Below are positions 36,334-48,633 of a stretch of DNA of 64,000 bases, one piece after another. Each line of letters opens with the position of its first letter. The stretch's first letter is position 1. The notes below the pieces were generated by a model, which saw only the letters and a program-made list of their open reading frames with translations, searched no databases and was not told the DNA's origin. This DNA is from Candidatus Omnitrophota bacterium (lineage in GTDB: Bacteria > Omnitrophota > Gorgyraeia > Gygaellales > Profunditerraquicolaceae). The position numbers were made by a program, and so were the translations under genes. The stretch lies in contig JBAZOC010000001.1 of assembly GCA_041648915.1 (NCBI GenBank), positions 112,960 to 176,959 of the forward strand, given 5' to 3'.

Positions 36334-37727
36334 TTTGGTACCCTTCCTTTCTTAATGGTTAAATTTAATTCCTGCAATTGTTTTTCATCTACGTCCGAAG
36401 GCGCACCGGTTAATGGACAAACCCCTGCGCTCGTTTTGGGAAAGGTAATTACCTCTCTTATGCTTGTTTCATTAGCCAGGATACTTAACAGCCTGTCCAG
36501 GCCGAAAGCAAAACCGCCGTGCGGCGGGGCGCCAAATTGAAAAGCCTCCAGGAGGAAACCAAAACGCTCAAGCGCAGTTTCTTTATCTATACCGATGATC
36601 TTAAAGATTCTTTCCTGTAACTCCTGGTTGTGGATTCTTATTGAGCCTGAGCCTAACTCTACGCCGTTTAAGACCAGGTCGTAAGAGCGCGATTTTACTT
36701 TATCCGGGGATTTTTCCAGGTGCGCCAAATCGTTTTCCGCCGGAGCGGTAAAAGGATGGTGCTCGCTCTCCCAGCGTTTCTCTTCGGTGTTAAATTTAAA
36801 GAGAGGAAAATCCGTTACCCAGGCAAAAGCAAATTCGGTATTAAGTTCTTGGCGTAAATCCGGCTTATCTGTTTTATATTTCTCTTCTGCTTCGCTGAAG
36901 GTAATGCGCGGGAAAGGAATTTTTAATTCTATCCTTTTTAGTTCTTTAAATACCTTAAACAGCAGTGTTTCAATTATAGCATAGACGTCTTCCTCGTTGA
37001 TGAAAGACATCTCCAGGTCTAGCTGGGTAAATTCCGGCTGGCGGTCAGCCCGCAGGTCTTCATCACGGAAGCACTTGGCGATCTGGTAATACCGCTCGAT
37101 CCCGGCAACCATTAAGATCTGTTTGAATAATTGCGGCGACTGGGGAAGGGCGTAAAATTTCCCGGGATTAAGCCGCGCGGGGACCAGATAATCGCGCGCG
37201 CCTTCCGGGGTAGACTTGGTCAGGATCGGTGTCTCGCATTCAATAAACCCCTGGGTATCTAAATATAGGCGGATAACCTTATAGAGGTTATTCCGCAATA
37301 ATAGATTGCTTAAGGTTTTTTGGCGCCTTAAATCCAGGTAGCGGTATTTGAGCCGGCTCTCCTCCGTTACCACCAGGTCTTCTTCTATTTCAAAAGGGGG
37401 ATTAGCGCTGGGATTTAAAATCTCCAGGCCGTTGGCCAGGATTTCGATTGCTCCGGTTTTTAATTTAGGATTGATGGTCCCTGCGGGCCGTGGGTTAACT
37501 TTACCGGTTATTTTAATAACGAATTCAGCTCTTAATTCCTGGGCGGTTTTATAAGCCTCGCCGGACTCTTTCGGGATAAAAACAATTTGCGTAAAGCCGC
37601 TGCGATCCCGGATATCGATAAAAATGAGCTTGCCGTGGTCGCGCCTCCTGGCTACCCAGCCGCAGAGCACAACTTCTTTGTTCAAGTCCCCGGCAGTTAA
37701 TTCTCCGCAAGCGTGCGTTCGGATCAT
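36330..37727 (-). CDS. aspS: aspartate--tRNA ligase, short form without the GAD insertion
   Basis: The N-terminal anticodon-binding OB fold reads MIRTHACGEL...VVLCGWVARRRDHGKLIFIDIRDRSG. Class II motif 3 reads GGFAFGLDRL. The product is 465 aa. Confidence 0.8.
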   Translation of the reverse strand: MIRTHACGELTAGDLNKEVVLCGWVARRRDHGKLIFIDIRDRSGFTQIVFIPKESGEAYKTAQELRAEFVIKITGKVNPRPAGTINPKLKTGAIEILANGLEILNPSANPPFEIEEDLVVTEESRLKYRYLDLRRQKTLSNLLLRNNLYKVIRLYLDTQGFIECETPILTKSTPEGARDYLVPARLNPGKFYALPQSPQLFKQILMVAGIERYYQIAKCFRDEDLRADRQPEFTQLDLEMSFINEEDVYAIIETLLFKVFKELKRIELKIPFPRITFSEAEEKYKTDKPDLRQELNTEFAFAWVTDFPLFKFNTEEKRWESEHHPFTAPAENDLAHLEKSPDKVKSRSYDLVLNGVELGSGSIRIHNQELQERIFKIIGIDKETALERFGFLLEAFQFGAPPHGGFAFGLDRLLSILANETSIREVITFPKTSAGVCPLTGAPSDVDEKQLQELNLTIKKGRVPK

Positions 37728-38959
37728 TGGGTTTCCTTGAGGATGTCTTTAAATTGGATTTCTTTTTGTTCTCCGGAATGCATATCTTTTAAGGTAAGCG
37801 TGCCTTTTTCGATCTCATTGTCTCCGATAATCAGGGCCAGGCGGCTATTGAGGTTGTTTGCCTTGCGCAGCGCACCTTTTAAGGATTTATCTTCATAGTT
37901 AGTATCGCAAGGCACGCCATGCTTGCGTAATTCAGCCAATACTTTTAGCCCTTCCGCTTTCGCCGGTTCCCCTAAGGTAATTAAATAGACCAGGTTTTTG
38001 CCCGGAAGGTTAACGTTCTTATTTTGAGCCAGGAGTAATCTTTCTAGGCCAAAGGCAAAGCCAATCGCTCCGGCTTCTTCTCCGCCTAACTCCTGGACTA
38101 AATTATTGTATCTCCCTCCTGCGCCAATAGCATCCTGGCTGCCTAAGTCTTTTTGCGCTATCTCAAAGACAGTCCCCGTGTAATAATCCAGGCCGCGCAC
38201 CAGCTGCGGGTAAACCGTGTAGCCTATCTTTAAAGAATTCAGCCCGGCCTTAACTTTATTAAAGTGTTCCTGGCAGCTTGGGCAAAGGTAGCTCTCAGAG
38301 ATATTTAATTCCCAGACTACCTTTTGGCAAGCGTCGTTCTTGCAATCTAAAATCCGTAAGGGATTATTCTCAAACCTGTTTACGCATTCCGGGCAAAGTT
38401 TTTCTAACTTTGCTTTAAGGCCTTTACGCAGGAAAGCTATTAGTTTCTCTTTATCCGGCCGGCAGCCCAGGCTGTTTAGCTTAATCGTATAGTCGGTTAT
38501 GGAAAAGTTGCGTAACAAATTGTCGGCTAAAGCAATAATCTCAACATCAAGCCCGGGATCCGGCGAGCCGATGGCCTCGCAGCCAATATGATGAAACTGC
38601 CTTAAACGCCCTTTTTGCGGCCGCTCCAGCCTGAACATCGGGCCGATATAGTATAGTTTTACAAAGCCATTAGTTTTATTAAGGTTATTCTCGATATAGG
38701 CGCGCACAATGGGAGCAGTCCCCTCCGGCCGCAGCGCGTAGGTCTCGTTTTTATTCTGGATAAGGAACATCTGTTTCTGGACGATTTCCGAAGCTTGGCC
38801 TAAGGAGCGGTTGAATAATGCCGCTTCTTCGATTAAGGGAGGACGGATTTCCTGAAAGTTGTATAAAGCAAAGGTGCTGCGGCTGATTTCTTCTAGACGC
38901 TGCCAGTTAACCGCTTCTCCCGGCAGGATATCTTTTGTCCCGGATACTCTTTTAAACAT
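37724..38959 (-). CDS. hisS: histidine--tRNA ligase
   Basis: GTKDILP and HisRS class II motifs are present in the 411-aa product. Confidence 0.8.
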   Translation of the reverse strand: MFKRVSGTKDILPGEAVNWQRLEEISRSTFALYNFQEIRPPLIEEAALFNRSLGQASEIVQKQMFLIQNKNETYALRPEGTAPIVRAYIENNLNKTNGFVKLYYIGPMFRLERPQKGRLRQFHHIGCEAIGSPDPGLDVEIIALADNLLRNFSITDYTIKLNSLGCRPDKEKLIAFLRKGLKAKLEKLCPECVNRFENNPLRILDCKNDACQKVVWELNISESYLCPSCQEHFNKVKAGLNSLKIGYTVYPQLVRGLDYYTGTVFEIAQKDLGSQDAIGAGGRYNNLVQELGGEEAGAIGFAFGLERLLLAQNKNVNLPGKNLVYLITLGEPAKAEGLKVLAELRKHGVPCDTNYEDKSLKGALRKANNLNSRLALIIGDNEIEKGTLTLKDMHSGEQKEIQFKDILKETQ

Positions 38960-38986
38960 TTATACGGTATGTAAATATTTTAAGGG

Positions 38987-39259
38987 TTATTTCACCTTTT
39001 GTTTCATCTCTAAGCCGGATTTAAAGACTACTACTTTTCTCGGCGGGACAGGGATGATTTGATTAGTACGCGGGTTCCTTCCTGTGCGGCTCTTTCTTTG
39101 TTTAACCTTAAAAACCCCGAAATTACGCAGTTCTATTTTTTCCCCTCGGATCAAAGCCTCAACTATGCTGTCAAAAGTCTTTTGGACCACTAGTTTAACA
39201 TCTATTTGTTTCAAGCCGGTTTGATCAGCTACTTTTAAAATAATATCTTTCTTAGTCAT
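38987..39259 (-). CDS. hup: HU/IHF-family DNA-binding protein
   Basis: MTKKDII...RNFGVFKV..R..R.GRNPRT is the HU signature. Confidence 0.85.
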   Translation of the reverse strand: MTKKDIILKVADQTGLKQIDVKLVVQKTFDSIVEALIRGEKIELRNFGVFKVKQRKSRTGRNPRTNQIIPVPPRKVVVFKSGLEMKQKVK

Positions 39260-39296
39260 TTTTCTTGTCCTCCCTCGATCTTTAACCTTATTGCCG

Positions 39297-39316
39297 CCTG
39301 CCTACCGGCAGGCAGC
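39297..39316. repeat. 20-bp near-palindrome GCCTGCCTACCGGCAGGCAG (hairpin), near-identical to the palindrome inserted in the tRNA-Arg fragment at 17977-17996
   Basis: Direct comparison gives CCTGCCTGCCGGCAGGCAGG versus CCTGCCTACCGGCAGGCAGC. It sits in the hup-dnaE intergenic region. Confidence 0.45.
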
Positions 39317-39384
39317 TCAGGCAGACGGCAGTCAAGCTTATTTTCTAACTATAATAACAGCAAAAAGTTACGATGTCAAGTTTT

Positions 39385-42300
39385 TTATACTATCAGTGAT
39401 AGGCGTTCTTCTCCCAGCAGGTCCTCGATATCCTTAATCAATTTTTCGGACGGCGCGACATAGAAATTTTCACCCACTACCAATTGCACTTTAGCTTTTG
39501 CCGGCGTATCTAAATTCAGGTAGATCGGGATATTTCCGCGCGAGGCAGTGAGGGCGCCTTTTAAGCTTTCAAAAACATTTTCCCTTAAGCCCGAAAGGTT
39601 GATGCTCATCGCGGTAATCAATTTATATATCTCCTCAAACGGAAAAAGGTCATTCACCAGGATTTTGGGAGTGTCTTCTTTTAAGTTAAGTATGCCTCGG
39701 ACCAAGACTACGCTGTTGGGTTGGATATAGCGCGATACCTTCTGGAATGCCCGCGGAAAAACCAGCAACTCCACCGAGCCGGTCAGGTCTTCCAGTTTTA
39801 AGATAGCCATTTTTTCCTGTTTGGCGCGGGTTACCGTATGCTTAATCTTAGCGATCAAGCCGACGATCTTTACTTCGTCTTCATCCTTATGCTGATGCAG
39901 GGCATCGATTGACGAAGAGGTAAAACGCTTTAATTGCCGGGCGTAGCGCGCCAGGGGATGGCCGCTGACATAAAAACCGAGCATATCTTTTTCAAAGGCC
40001 AATAGCTGCGGCTCCGGCCATTCCTTAACCTCAGGCATATTATTAGTCGTCTGCTCAAAGCCGCTTGCGCATAAACCCTGGTCAAAAAAGGAAAGCTGGC
40101 CTTTGGCTTTTTCCCTTTGTTTACGCGAGGCGGATTCTAAAATCATATCCAGCGAGACAAACATCCTGGCCCTGGCTATTTTAAAAGTATCTAAGGCTCC
40201 GCATTTGATCAGGCTTTCCAAAACCTTGCGGTTAACCAGGCGCAGGTCAATAGATTGGCATAGGTCTTCCAGGGAATTAAATTTACCGGATTTATTCCTT
40301 ACTTCAATAATGGATTCTACGGCGCCGTGCCCGACATTCTTGATCGCCAGCATTCCAAAGCGGATGGTCTGATTATCTACTACCTTAAATAGAGCGCCGC
40401 TTTCATTGATATCCGGAGGCAGGACAACCAGGCCCATGCGTTCGGCTTCATTCACATATTCGACTATTTTATCCGTATTATCGCGTTCAGAAGTTAAGAG
40501 TGCCGTCATAAACTCTACCGGATAATTTGCTTTTAAATAAGCCGTGCGGTAAGAAATAAGCGCGTAAGCCGTGGAATGGGATTTATTGAAGCCATACCCG
40601 GAAAAATATTCTATCAGGTCGAAGATCTTAGTTGCGCTGGATTCTTTGATCCCGTTTTTGACGCAGCCGTGTAAAAACGCGCTCCTTTGTTTTTCCATAA
40701 CCTCCGGAATTTTCTTACCCATGGCTTTACGCAGGATATCTGCCTGGGCCAGGCTAAAGCCGGCTAACAGGGAAGCAATCTGCATAATTTGTTCCTGATA
40801 GACCATGATCCCGTAGGTTTCTTTGAGGACCTCCTCTAATTTCGGATGCTCATATTTAATAGGTATAAGTTTATGCTTGCGCTTGATGAAATCATTTAAC
40901 ATTCCGGAGCCGATTGGGCCGGGCCGGTATAAAGCGAGTAAGGCGATCAAGTCTTCAAAACGTTCAGGTTCAAGTTTTTTCAGCAGGTCGCGCATCCCTG
41001 AACTTTCTACCTGGAATACGCCCATTGTTTGGGCCGCACCCAGAAGTTTATAGGTCTGCGGGTCATCCAGGGGAAGCTTATGTATATTTATGGATTCACC
41101 CTGGGTCTCTTTAATTATTTTTACTGCCTGGTCAACTACGGTAAGCGTCCTTAAACCCAAGAAGTCTACTTTCAGTAAGCCGATCTTCTCTAAGATACCC
41201 ATACTGAATCCGGTCGTTATCTGGTCGTCGCTGGTCTTAAACAGCGGGCTATATTCGGCTAGCGGCTTGTCCGCGATAACTACGCCGGCAGCGTGCACTG
41301 AGGCGTGGCGGTTTAACCCTTCCAGGGATAAGCCGGTATTGATGAGCCTGGTGACTTCCGCATCGTTCTGGTAAAGGTTATTTAGCTCTGGCTCGCTTTC
41401 CAGGGCCTTTTTAAGTGTCATATCCAGTTCAGGCGGGATCATTTTAGCGATGCGGTCAACATCAGCATAGCTCATTCCCATTACCCGGCCTACATCGCGC
41501 AACACCGCGCGCGCCTGCATCGTCCCGAAAGTAATGATTTGGGCGACGTTTTCCTGGCCGTATTTTTGGGTCACATAATTAATGACCTCCTGCCTTCTCT
41601 CATAACAGAAATCTATATCTATATCCGGCAGCCCCAGGCGCTCAGGGTTTAAGAAGCGCTCAAAAAGCAGGCCGTATTTCAAAGGGTCTAAATCGGTTAT
41701 CCCCAAAAGATAGCTCACCAGGCTTCCTGCGGCTGAGCCCCTGCCCGGTCCAACCGGTATAGCTTTACTTTTAGCGTAATGAATAAAGTCCCAGACTATC
41801 AGGAAATAACTGACAAACCCCATATCCTTGATGATCTTCAATTCGTGCTCCAGGCGCTCGGATATTTGGGGGGTTAATTTTTCAAATCTTTCTTTTAAGC
41901 CGCGCGCGCAAAGTTCTTCCAGAAAATCTTCTTTAGTTTTTCCGGCAGGCGCAGCATATTTAGGCAGGTGTACCTTTTTAAAATCCAGCTCTAAATTACA
42001 GCGGGAGGCAATTTCGCAGGTATTCGCAATAGCGTCGGGTATTTCCTTAAAAAGCCTTTTCATTTCTTCGGGAGATTTAAAATAAAATTCATCTGTCTGA
42101 AAGCGCATGCGGTTAGGGTCATCCAGGGTGGTCTGGGTCTGGATGCACAGGAGCGCTTCGTGGGCCCTAGCCATGCCGCGGGTTAAATAATGCACGTCGT
42201 TAGTGGCGGCTAAAGGGATCCCCAGCTCTTTTCCGATTTTAATCAAGCCGGTATTGACCAGCTTTTGTTCGGGAAGGGAATTTTCCTGTAATTCCAGGTA

Positions 42301-42822
42301 AAAGTTATTTTTTTCGAAAATATTCAGGTAGGTATCGCTGAGTTTTAAGGCATCGTTAAAGCGTTTCTGCAGGATTAAATCCGGGATCTCGCCTTTTAAG
42401 CAGGCGCTCAGGCCGATCAACCCTTTAGCATACTGGGCCAGGATTTCTTTATCAATACGCGGACGGTAATAAAAACCTTCCAGGTAACCGATGGAGACCA
42501 GCTTCATCAGGTTCTGATAGCCGGTTTCATCCCTGGCTAAAAGTATTAAATGGTAGGCTGCTTCGTCAATCCCGCGGGATTCTTTATCCAGGCGGCTCCC
42601 GGGAGCAATATAGGCTTCGCAGCCGATAATGGGCTTGATCCCGGCCTTCTGGGCTTCTAGGTAAAAATCAATTGCCCCGAACATATTCCCATGGTCGGTA
42701 ATGGCCAGGGAATCCATTTTATATTGTTTAGCCAGGTTAAGAATTTCCGGGATACGGCAGGCACCGTCTAAGAGGCTGAACTGGGTGTGCAGGTGCAAAT
42801 GGACAAAATCAGAACGCGGCAT
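39385..42822 (-). CDS. dnaE: DNA polymerase III alpha subunit
   Basis: The N-terminal PHP domain reads FVHLHLHTQFSLLDG. The 1145-aa product has DnaE-family conservation throughout. Confidence 0.9.
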   Translation of the reverse strand: MPRSDFVHLHLHTQFSLLDGACRIPEILNLAKQYKMDSLAITDHGNMFGAIDFYLEAQKAGIKPIIGCEAYIAPGSRLDKESRGIDEAAYHLILLARDETGYQNLMKLVSIGYLEGFYYRPRIDKEILAQYAKGLIGLSACLKGEIPDLILQKRFNDALKLSDTYLNIFEKNNFYLELQENSLPEQKLVNTGLIKIGKELGIPLAATNDVHYLTRGMARAHEALLCIQTQTTLDDPNRMRFQTDEFYFKSPEEMKRLFKEIPDAIANTCEIASRCNLELDFKKVHLPKYAAPAGKTKEDFLEELCARGLKERFEKLTPQISERLEHELKIIKDMGFVSYFLIVWDFIHYAKSKAIPVGPGRGSAAGSLVSYLLGITDLDPLKYGLLFERFLNPERLGLPDIDIDFCYERRQEVINYVTQKYGQENVAQIITFGTMQARAVLRDVGRVMGMSYADVDRIAKMIPPELDMTLKKALESEPELNNLYQNDAEVTRLINTGLSLEGLNRHASVHAAGVVIADKPLAEYSPLFKTSDDQITTGFSMGILEKIGLLKVDFLGLRTLTVVDQAVKIIKETQGESINIHKLPLDDPQTYKLLGAAQTMGVFQVESSGMRDLLKKLEPERFEDLIALLALYRPGPIGSGMLNDFIKRKHKLIPIKYEHPKLEEVLKETYGIMVYQEQIMQIASLLAGFSLAQADILRKAMGKKIPEVMEKQRSAFLHGCVKNGIKESSATKIFDLIEYFSGYGFNKSHSTAYALISYRTAYLKANYPVEFMTALLTSERDNTDKIVEYVNEAERMGLVVLPPDINESGALFKVVDNQTIRFGMLAIKNVGHGAVESIIEVRNKSGKFNSLEDLCQSIDLRLVNRKVLESLIKCGALDTFKIARARMFVSLDMILESASRKQREKAKGQLSFFDQGLCASGFEQTTNNMPEVKEWPEPQLLAFEKDMLGFYVSGHPLARYARQLKRFTSSSIDALHQHKDEDEVKIVGLIAKIKHTVTRAKQEKMAILKLEDLTGSVELLVFPRAFQKVSRYIQPNSVVLVRGILNLKEDTPKILVNDLFPFEEIYKLITAMSINLSGLRENVFESLKGALTASRGNIPIYLNLDTPAKAKVQLVVGENFYVAPSEKLIKDIEDLLGEERLSLIV

Positions 42823-42837
42823 TTTTATAAAACTAAT

Positions 42838-44484
42838 TTATTCCCACTCAATAGTCGCGGGCGGTTTGGAAGAGATATCGTAGACAACGCGATTGACGCC
42901 TTTTACTTCGTTGATAATCCGATGGGATATTTTTTCCATTACTTCAGGGGGCAGCCTTACCCAGTCGGCAGTCATTCCGTCAAGACTTGAAACGCAACGC
43001 ACAGCCACGACATTCTCATAAGTGCGTTCATCGCCCATAATTCCCACACTCTTAATGGGCAGTAATATTGCGAAAGACTGCCAGACCTGCTCATATAGCC
43101 CGGCGGCTCTTATCTCTTCAATCACCCGCTTGTCCACTTCGCGGAGTATATTTAAGCGCTCTTCGGTAACCTCACCGATGATCCGGATAGCCAGGCCCGG
43201 GCCGGGAAAAGGCTGGCGTAGAATTACCGTATCCGGTAAACCTAATTCCCTGCCGATGGCGCGCACTTCGTCTTTAAATATTTCCCGCAGCGGCTCAATA
43301 AGCTTAAGTTTCATCTGGGCAGGCAAGCCTCCGACATTATGGTGACTTTTTATTTTACGGCTGGGCGCGCCGCTAGCCGAGATAGATTCAATGACATCCG
43401 GATAGAGCGTGCCTTGCACCAGGTATTTTATTCCTTTGACCTTAGCCGCTTCTTCTTCAAAGGTCTTGATAAATTCATCCCCGATTATCTTCCTCTTTTC
43501 TTCCGGGTCGGTTATGCCTTTTAAACGGACCAAAAATTTCTTACTTCTGTCTACATAGCCCAGGTTTAAATGATAGATGTCGCGAAAGATTTTTTTTACC
43601 TGTTCCGGCTCGTCCTTTCTGAGCAGCCCGTTATTGATAAAAATACATCTGGAGTTCCTGCCTATCGCCTTGTGTAATAAGAGCGCGGCCACCGATGAAT
43701 CCACTCCTCCGCTTAAGCCTAAAACGACTTTATCTTTCCCGGCGTTCTTTTTTATGTCTTCGATAGATTCTTTAATGAACGACTGCATAGTCCAGCGGCC
43801 AAGGCAGGCGCAGATCTTAAATAAGAAATTGCTTAAGATCTGGTTTCCTTTTTCTGTGTGCGTAACTTCAGGGTGGAACTGCACCGCGAAAATTTTTCTC
43901 TTAGGGTTACTGATTGCAGCCACCGGGGTATTGGTAGTATGCGCGCTGACCTGGAACCCGGCAGGTATTTTAGTGACAAAATCTCCGTGGCTGGCCCAAC
44001 AGGTAAAATTTCCCGGCATATGGCTGAATAAATCCCGGTTGTCGTCAATAAATAATTCTATCTTACCGTATTCGCGGCTGCGGGTATGTTTGACCTTTCC
44101 TCCAAGCATCTCGGAGATAACCTGCATACCGTAACATATGCCGAGGATGGGAATCCCCAGTTTAAATATTCCTTTATCCGGGAGAGGGCTCTTCTTATCT
44201 ATAACCGAAGCCGGGCCTCCTGAGAAGATTAGCCCTTTGGGGTTAAGGCCGGCTATTTCTTTGGCCGGAGTGTTATAGGGGATTATTTTTGAAAAAACCT
44301 TATTCTCCCTGACCCGGCGGGCAATCAGCTGGGTATATTGCGAACCAAAATCCAGGATCAGTATTGTTTGCCGGGCTATTTTTATTCCGGGCTTGGGCCT
44401 GCTCTTAGGCCTGCTCTTGGGTCTGTTCTTAGGTTTACTCCCGGGCCTGCTCTTGGGCCTACGCTTAGCTTTTTTTGTTCTCAT
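42838..44484 (-). CDS. guaA: GMP synthase (glutamine-hydrolysing) with ~35-aa basic (R/K)P(K/G)S repeat N-terminal extension
   Basis: GATase domain ([20 protein letters not shown]) and ATP-PPase domain (SGGVDSSV) are present. No alternative in-frame start lies downstream of the repeat. Confidence 0.85.
   Translation of the reverse strand: MRTKKAKRRPKSRPGSKPKNRPKSRPKSRPKPGIKIARQTILILDFGSQYTQLIARRVRENKVFSKIIPYNTPAKEIAGLNPKGLIFSGGPASVIDKKSPLPDKGIFKLGIPILGICYGMQVISEMLGGKVKHTRSREYGKIELFIDDNRDLFSHMPGNFTCWASHGDFVTKIPAGFQVSAHTTNTPVAAISNPKRKIFAVQFHPEVTHTEKGNQILSNFLFKICACLGRWTMQSFIKESIEDIKKNAGKDKVVLGLSGGVDSSVAALLLHKAIGRNSRCIFINNGLLRKDEPEQVKKIFRDIYHLNLGYVDRSKKFLVRLKGITDPEEKRKIIGDEFIKTFEEEAAKVKGIKYLVQGTLYPDVIESISASGAPSRKIKSHHNVGGLPAQMKLKLIEPLREIFKDEVRAIGRELGLPDTVILRQPFPGPGLAIRIIGEVTEERLNILREVDKRVIEEIRAAGLYEQVWQSFAILLPIKSVGIMGDERTYENVVAVRCVSSLDGMTADWVRLPPEVMEKISHRIINEVKGVNRVVYDISSKPPATIEWE
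44389..44472. repeat. imperfect 12-bp tandem repeat (about 7 units, GCTCTTRGGYCT-like) encoding the RPKS repeat at the guaA 5' end
   Basis: A 12-nt periodicity is visible at 44401-44472. The units read GCTCTTAGGCCT, GCTCTTGGGTCT, GTTCTTAGGTTT, ACTCCCGGGCCT, GCTCTTGGGCCT and ACGCTTAGCTTT. Confidence 0.55.
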
Positions 44485-44485
44485 T

Positions 44486-45646
44486 TTATTTACCCATCCC
44501 TACTCTTTGCCCGACCTGAAAAATTTTTCCTTCGGTCTGGATTGACGGCGCGATAATGATTTCAACATCGTGCATCTCTTTTAAGTTCGTGGCGCCCAGG
44601 GAACCCATGGAAGTCTTAAGCGCGCCCATTAAATTTTGCGAGCCGTCATCAACCCTGGCCGGCCCAAAAAGAATTTCTTTTAAAGATCCGGTTGTCCCGA
44701 CCCGGATACGCGTTCCGCGCGGTAAATTTACATGGGAAGTAGCCATACCCCAGTGAAAACCTCTTCCCGGGGCTTCCTTGGCCCGGGCAAAACTTGAACC
44801 AATCATTACCGCGTCTGCTCCGCAGGCAAAAGCCTTGCAGATATCTCCGCCGCGGTTCATTCCGCCGTCAGTAATAATAGGGATATATTTACCCGTTCTT
44901 TTATAATAAAAATCGCGTGCGCCGGCTGCGTCAACAGTTGCGGTTACCTGCGGCACGCCGATGCCTAATACCCCGCGGGTGGTACAGGCAGCTCCCGGAC
45001 CGACTCCGATCAGTAGTGCCGCAGCGCCTGTTTCCATAAGCTCGATAGTTGTTTCGTAGGTTACGCAGTTGCCTAAAATAACCGGGATCTGGGTAGCTTT
45101 GCAGAATTTATACAGGTCCAGGGTTTTATATTCTTTGGCAATATGCCTGGTCGTGGTGACTGTGGATTGGATGACAAAGATATCCGCGCCGCTGGCCATG
45201 GCGAGTTTAGAGAATTTTTCGGCATTAGCCGGAATACAGCTGACTACGGCTGTGCCTTTTTTCTTCTTTATCTCGGCGACTCTTTTGGAAACTAATTTTT
45301 CTTTTATCGGAGTGGTGTATACTGATTGGATCAGCTGGGTGGCTTTTTGGGGGTTAGCTTTAGCGATTTCATTTAATACGCTACCCGGGTTTTCATAACG
45401 GGTCTGCACGCCGTCCAGGTTCAGGACAGCTATCCCGCCTAAATTGGACATTTCCACGCAAAAATTGACATCGACTACCCCATCCATAGCCGCGGCCAGT
45501 ATGGGAACTTTAAATTTCTTACCGTCTATTGTGAAAGATATCTCTACTTCATTGGGATTAACTGTCTGTGCGCCGGGTACCAGCGCGATTTCATCAAAGC
45601 CGTAGCATCTGCGGCTGCGCCTGCCAATACCTATCCATTCTGCCAT
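44486..45646 (-). CDS. IMP dehydrogenase-family protein lacking the CBS subdomain (GuaB-like)
   Basis: The TIM barrel has the catalytic-loop-like [18 protein letters not shown]. The gene lies adjacent to guaA, 2 bp from it. Confidence 0.65.
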   Translation of the reverse strand: MAEWIGIGRRSRRCYGFDEIALVPGAQTVNPNEVEISFTIDGKKFKVPILAAAMDGVVDVNFCVEMSNLGGIAVLNLDGVQTRYENPGSVLNEIAKANPQKATQLIQSVYTTPIKEKLVSKRVAEIKKKKGTAVVSCIPANAEKFSKLAMASGADIFVIQSTVTTTRHIAKEYKTLDLYKFCKATQIPVILGNCVTYETTIELMETGAAALLIGVGPGAACTTRGVLGIGVPQVTATVDAAGARDFYYKRTGKYIPIITDGGMNRGGDICKAFACGADAVMIGSSFARAKEAPGRGFHWGMATSHVNLPRGTRIRVGTTGSLKEILFGPARVDDGSQNLMGALKTSMGSLGATNLKEMHDVEIIIAPSIQTEGKIFQVGQRVGMGK

Positions 45647-45784
45647 TTTAGACTCTCTCCTTATTATATAAGTTATTATTTAACAATAATTTACGGATTT
45701 TTTCCTCTTTTTTGAATAGTTTAAGCGAAAGGATAAAAGATTTTACACCAGAGGAAGCAGTTTGTCAAGAGAAAAAATACGCGT

Positions 45785-45818
45785 AAAAAAAGGGCGGGAA
45801 TTTTTCAATTCCCGCCCC
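45785..45818 (-). terminator. rho-independent terminator of groESL (GGGCGGGAATT-loop-AATTCCCGCCC followed by U7 on the minus strand)
   Basis: An 11-bp GC-rich stem is followed by a T-run on the transcribed strand, 27 nt after the groEL stop. Confidence 0.7.
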
Positions 45819-45844
45819 TGGTTACTGCGTATTAGTGCCTGGGA

Positions 45845-47512
<1,668 letters not shown>

Positions 47513-47519
47513 ACCCTCC

Positions 47520-47819
47520 TTATTTTATTATCGCCAAGATATCTTCTTCGCGCATAATCAGTAATTCTTCGCCTTCTTTGGTAGTGATTTCATTACCGGA
47601 ATATTTTCCGTATAATACCTTGTCGCCTACCTTAACTTCCGGAGTCGAAGTTGTCCCGTTTTCTAAAACTTTACCCTTACCCACGGCTATAACCTTGCCC
47701 TCTTGCGGTTTTTCCTTGGCCGTATCCGGCAGGACTATTCCGCCTTTTGTCTTAGCCTCTGCTTCCAAAGGCTTGACCACAATGCGATCTCCCAATGGTT
47801 TAATATCCATGCTTACCAC
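47520..47819 (-). CDS. groS: co-chaperonin GroES
   Basis: The 99-aa product has the GroES pattern [11 protein letters not shown]... Confidence 0.9.
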   Translation of the reverse strand: MVSMDIKPLGDRIVVKPLEAEAKTKGGIVLPDTAKEKPQEGKVIAVGKGKVLENGTTSTPEVKVGDKVLYGKYSGNEITTKEGEELLIMREEDILAIIK

Positions 47820-47838
47820 CTCCCTTAAATTGGTTTAT

Positions 47839-47865
47839 ATTAGCACTTAATCTCTGAGAGTGCTA
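47839..47865. promoter_or_regulatory. CIRCE operator (TTAGCACTT-N9-GAGTGCTAA), HrcA binding site upstream of groES
   Basis: It differs from the consensus TTAGCACTC-N9-GAGTGCTAA by 1 nt. Confidence 0.8.
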
Positions 47866-47892
47866 ATTATAATTTAAAAAATAATTTTGTCA
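47866..47892 (-). promoter_or_regulatory. groESL sigma-70-type promoter (TTGACA, ~16 bp spacer, TATAAT on the minus strand)
   Basis: The reverse complement reads acTTGACAaaattattttttaaatTATAATt, and CIRCE follows immediately downstream. Confidence 0.6.
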
Positions 47893-48633
47893 AGTATTTT
47901 TTTCATGGAGAAAAAGCATATTTAAGCCTTTCAAAGTTAAATTGATATCTTTGGCCTCCAATTTGCGGCAATACTTGGCAATTAAATTTATATTCCCACC
48001 GGTGCCGATGGCCTTTGTTCTTTGGCCTAACTTGTCCTTTAGGCGCGCGATCAAGCTGTCGGTCAAAGAGCTGAATCCATAAATAACCCCGCTGAGCATA
48101 CTGTCCTTAGTATCCCTCCCGATAAACGTCTTAGGCTCTTCCAGTTTGATTTTAGGGAGCAGGGCGGTGCGCTGGTTCAATGCTTCTAAAGAAATACCCA
48201 GTCCCGGCAGGATCATTCCACCAAGGTATTCTTTTCTTTTGGATATGGCGTCAAAAGTAACTGCGGTGCCAAAATCCACAACTACCAGCGGCGCCCCGTA
48301 GAGTTTAATTCCGGCATAGGCATTGACCAGGCGGTCCTGGCCAACAGCTTGCGGGTTTAGGTATAAGTTTTTTATGGGGACGCGGATATGCTTACCCACA
48401 ATATAGGGCTGCCTCCCTAAAAAAATACTTAAATCTTTTTCTATCTTCCGGCTTACCTTAGGGACAACGCTGCAGATTATGGCGTTATCCATTTTAAATT
48501 GGCGCAGGCTTCTTCTTAATTTATTCAGGGTATAATTCCCGGTGGGGATATTAAAGGCATGCTTGATTTTATCCCCCCCGGAAAATATTCCGAATGCGAT
48601 ATTAGTATTGCCTATATCAATGGCCAGTAGCAC
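47890..48633 (-). CDS. coaX: type III pantothenate kinase
   Basis: MLLAIDIGNTNIAFGIF is the type III CoaX N-terminus. Confidence 0.8.
   Translation of the reverse strand: MLLAIDIGNTNIAFGIFSGGDKIKHAFNIPTGNYTLNKLRRSLRQFKMDNAIICSVVPKVSRKIEKDLSIFLGRQPYIVGKHIRVPIKNLYLNPQAVGQDRLVNAYAGIKLYGAPLVVVDFGTAVTFDAISKRKEYLGGMILPGLGISLEALNQRTALLPKIKLEEPKTFIGRDTKDSMLSGVIYGFSSLTDSLIARLKDKLGQRTKAIGTGGNINLIAKYCRKLEAKDINLTLKGLNMLFLHEKNT

Noticed and set aside
44389-44472. The tandem repeat as a possible CRISPR or minisatellite array
   Set aside because: The units are 12 bp, contiguous, have no spacers, and lie in frame in the guaA 5' coding region. This is a coding tandem repeat, not CRISPR. No CRISPR array was seen anywhere in the window.
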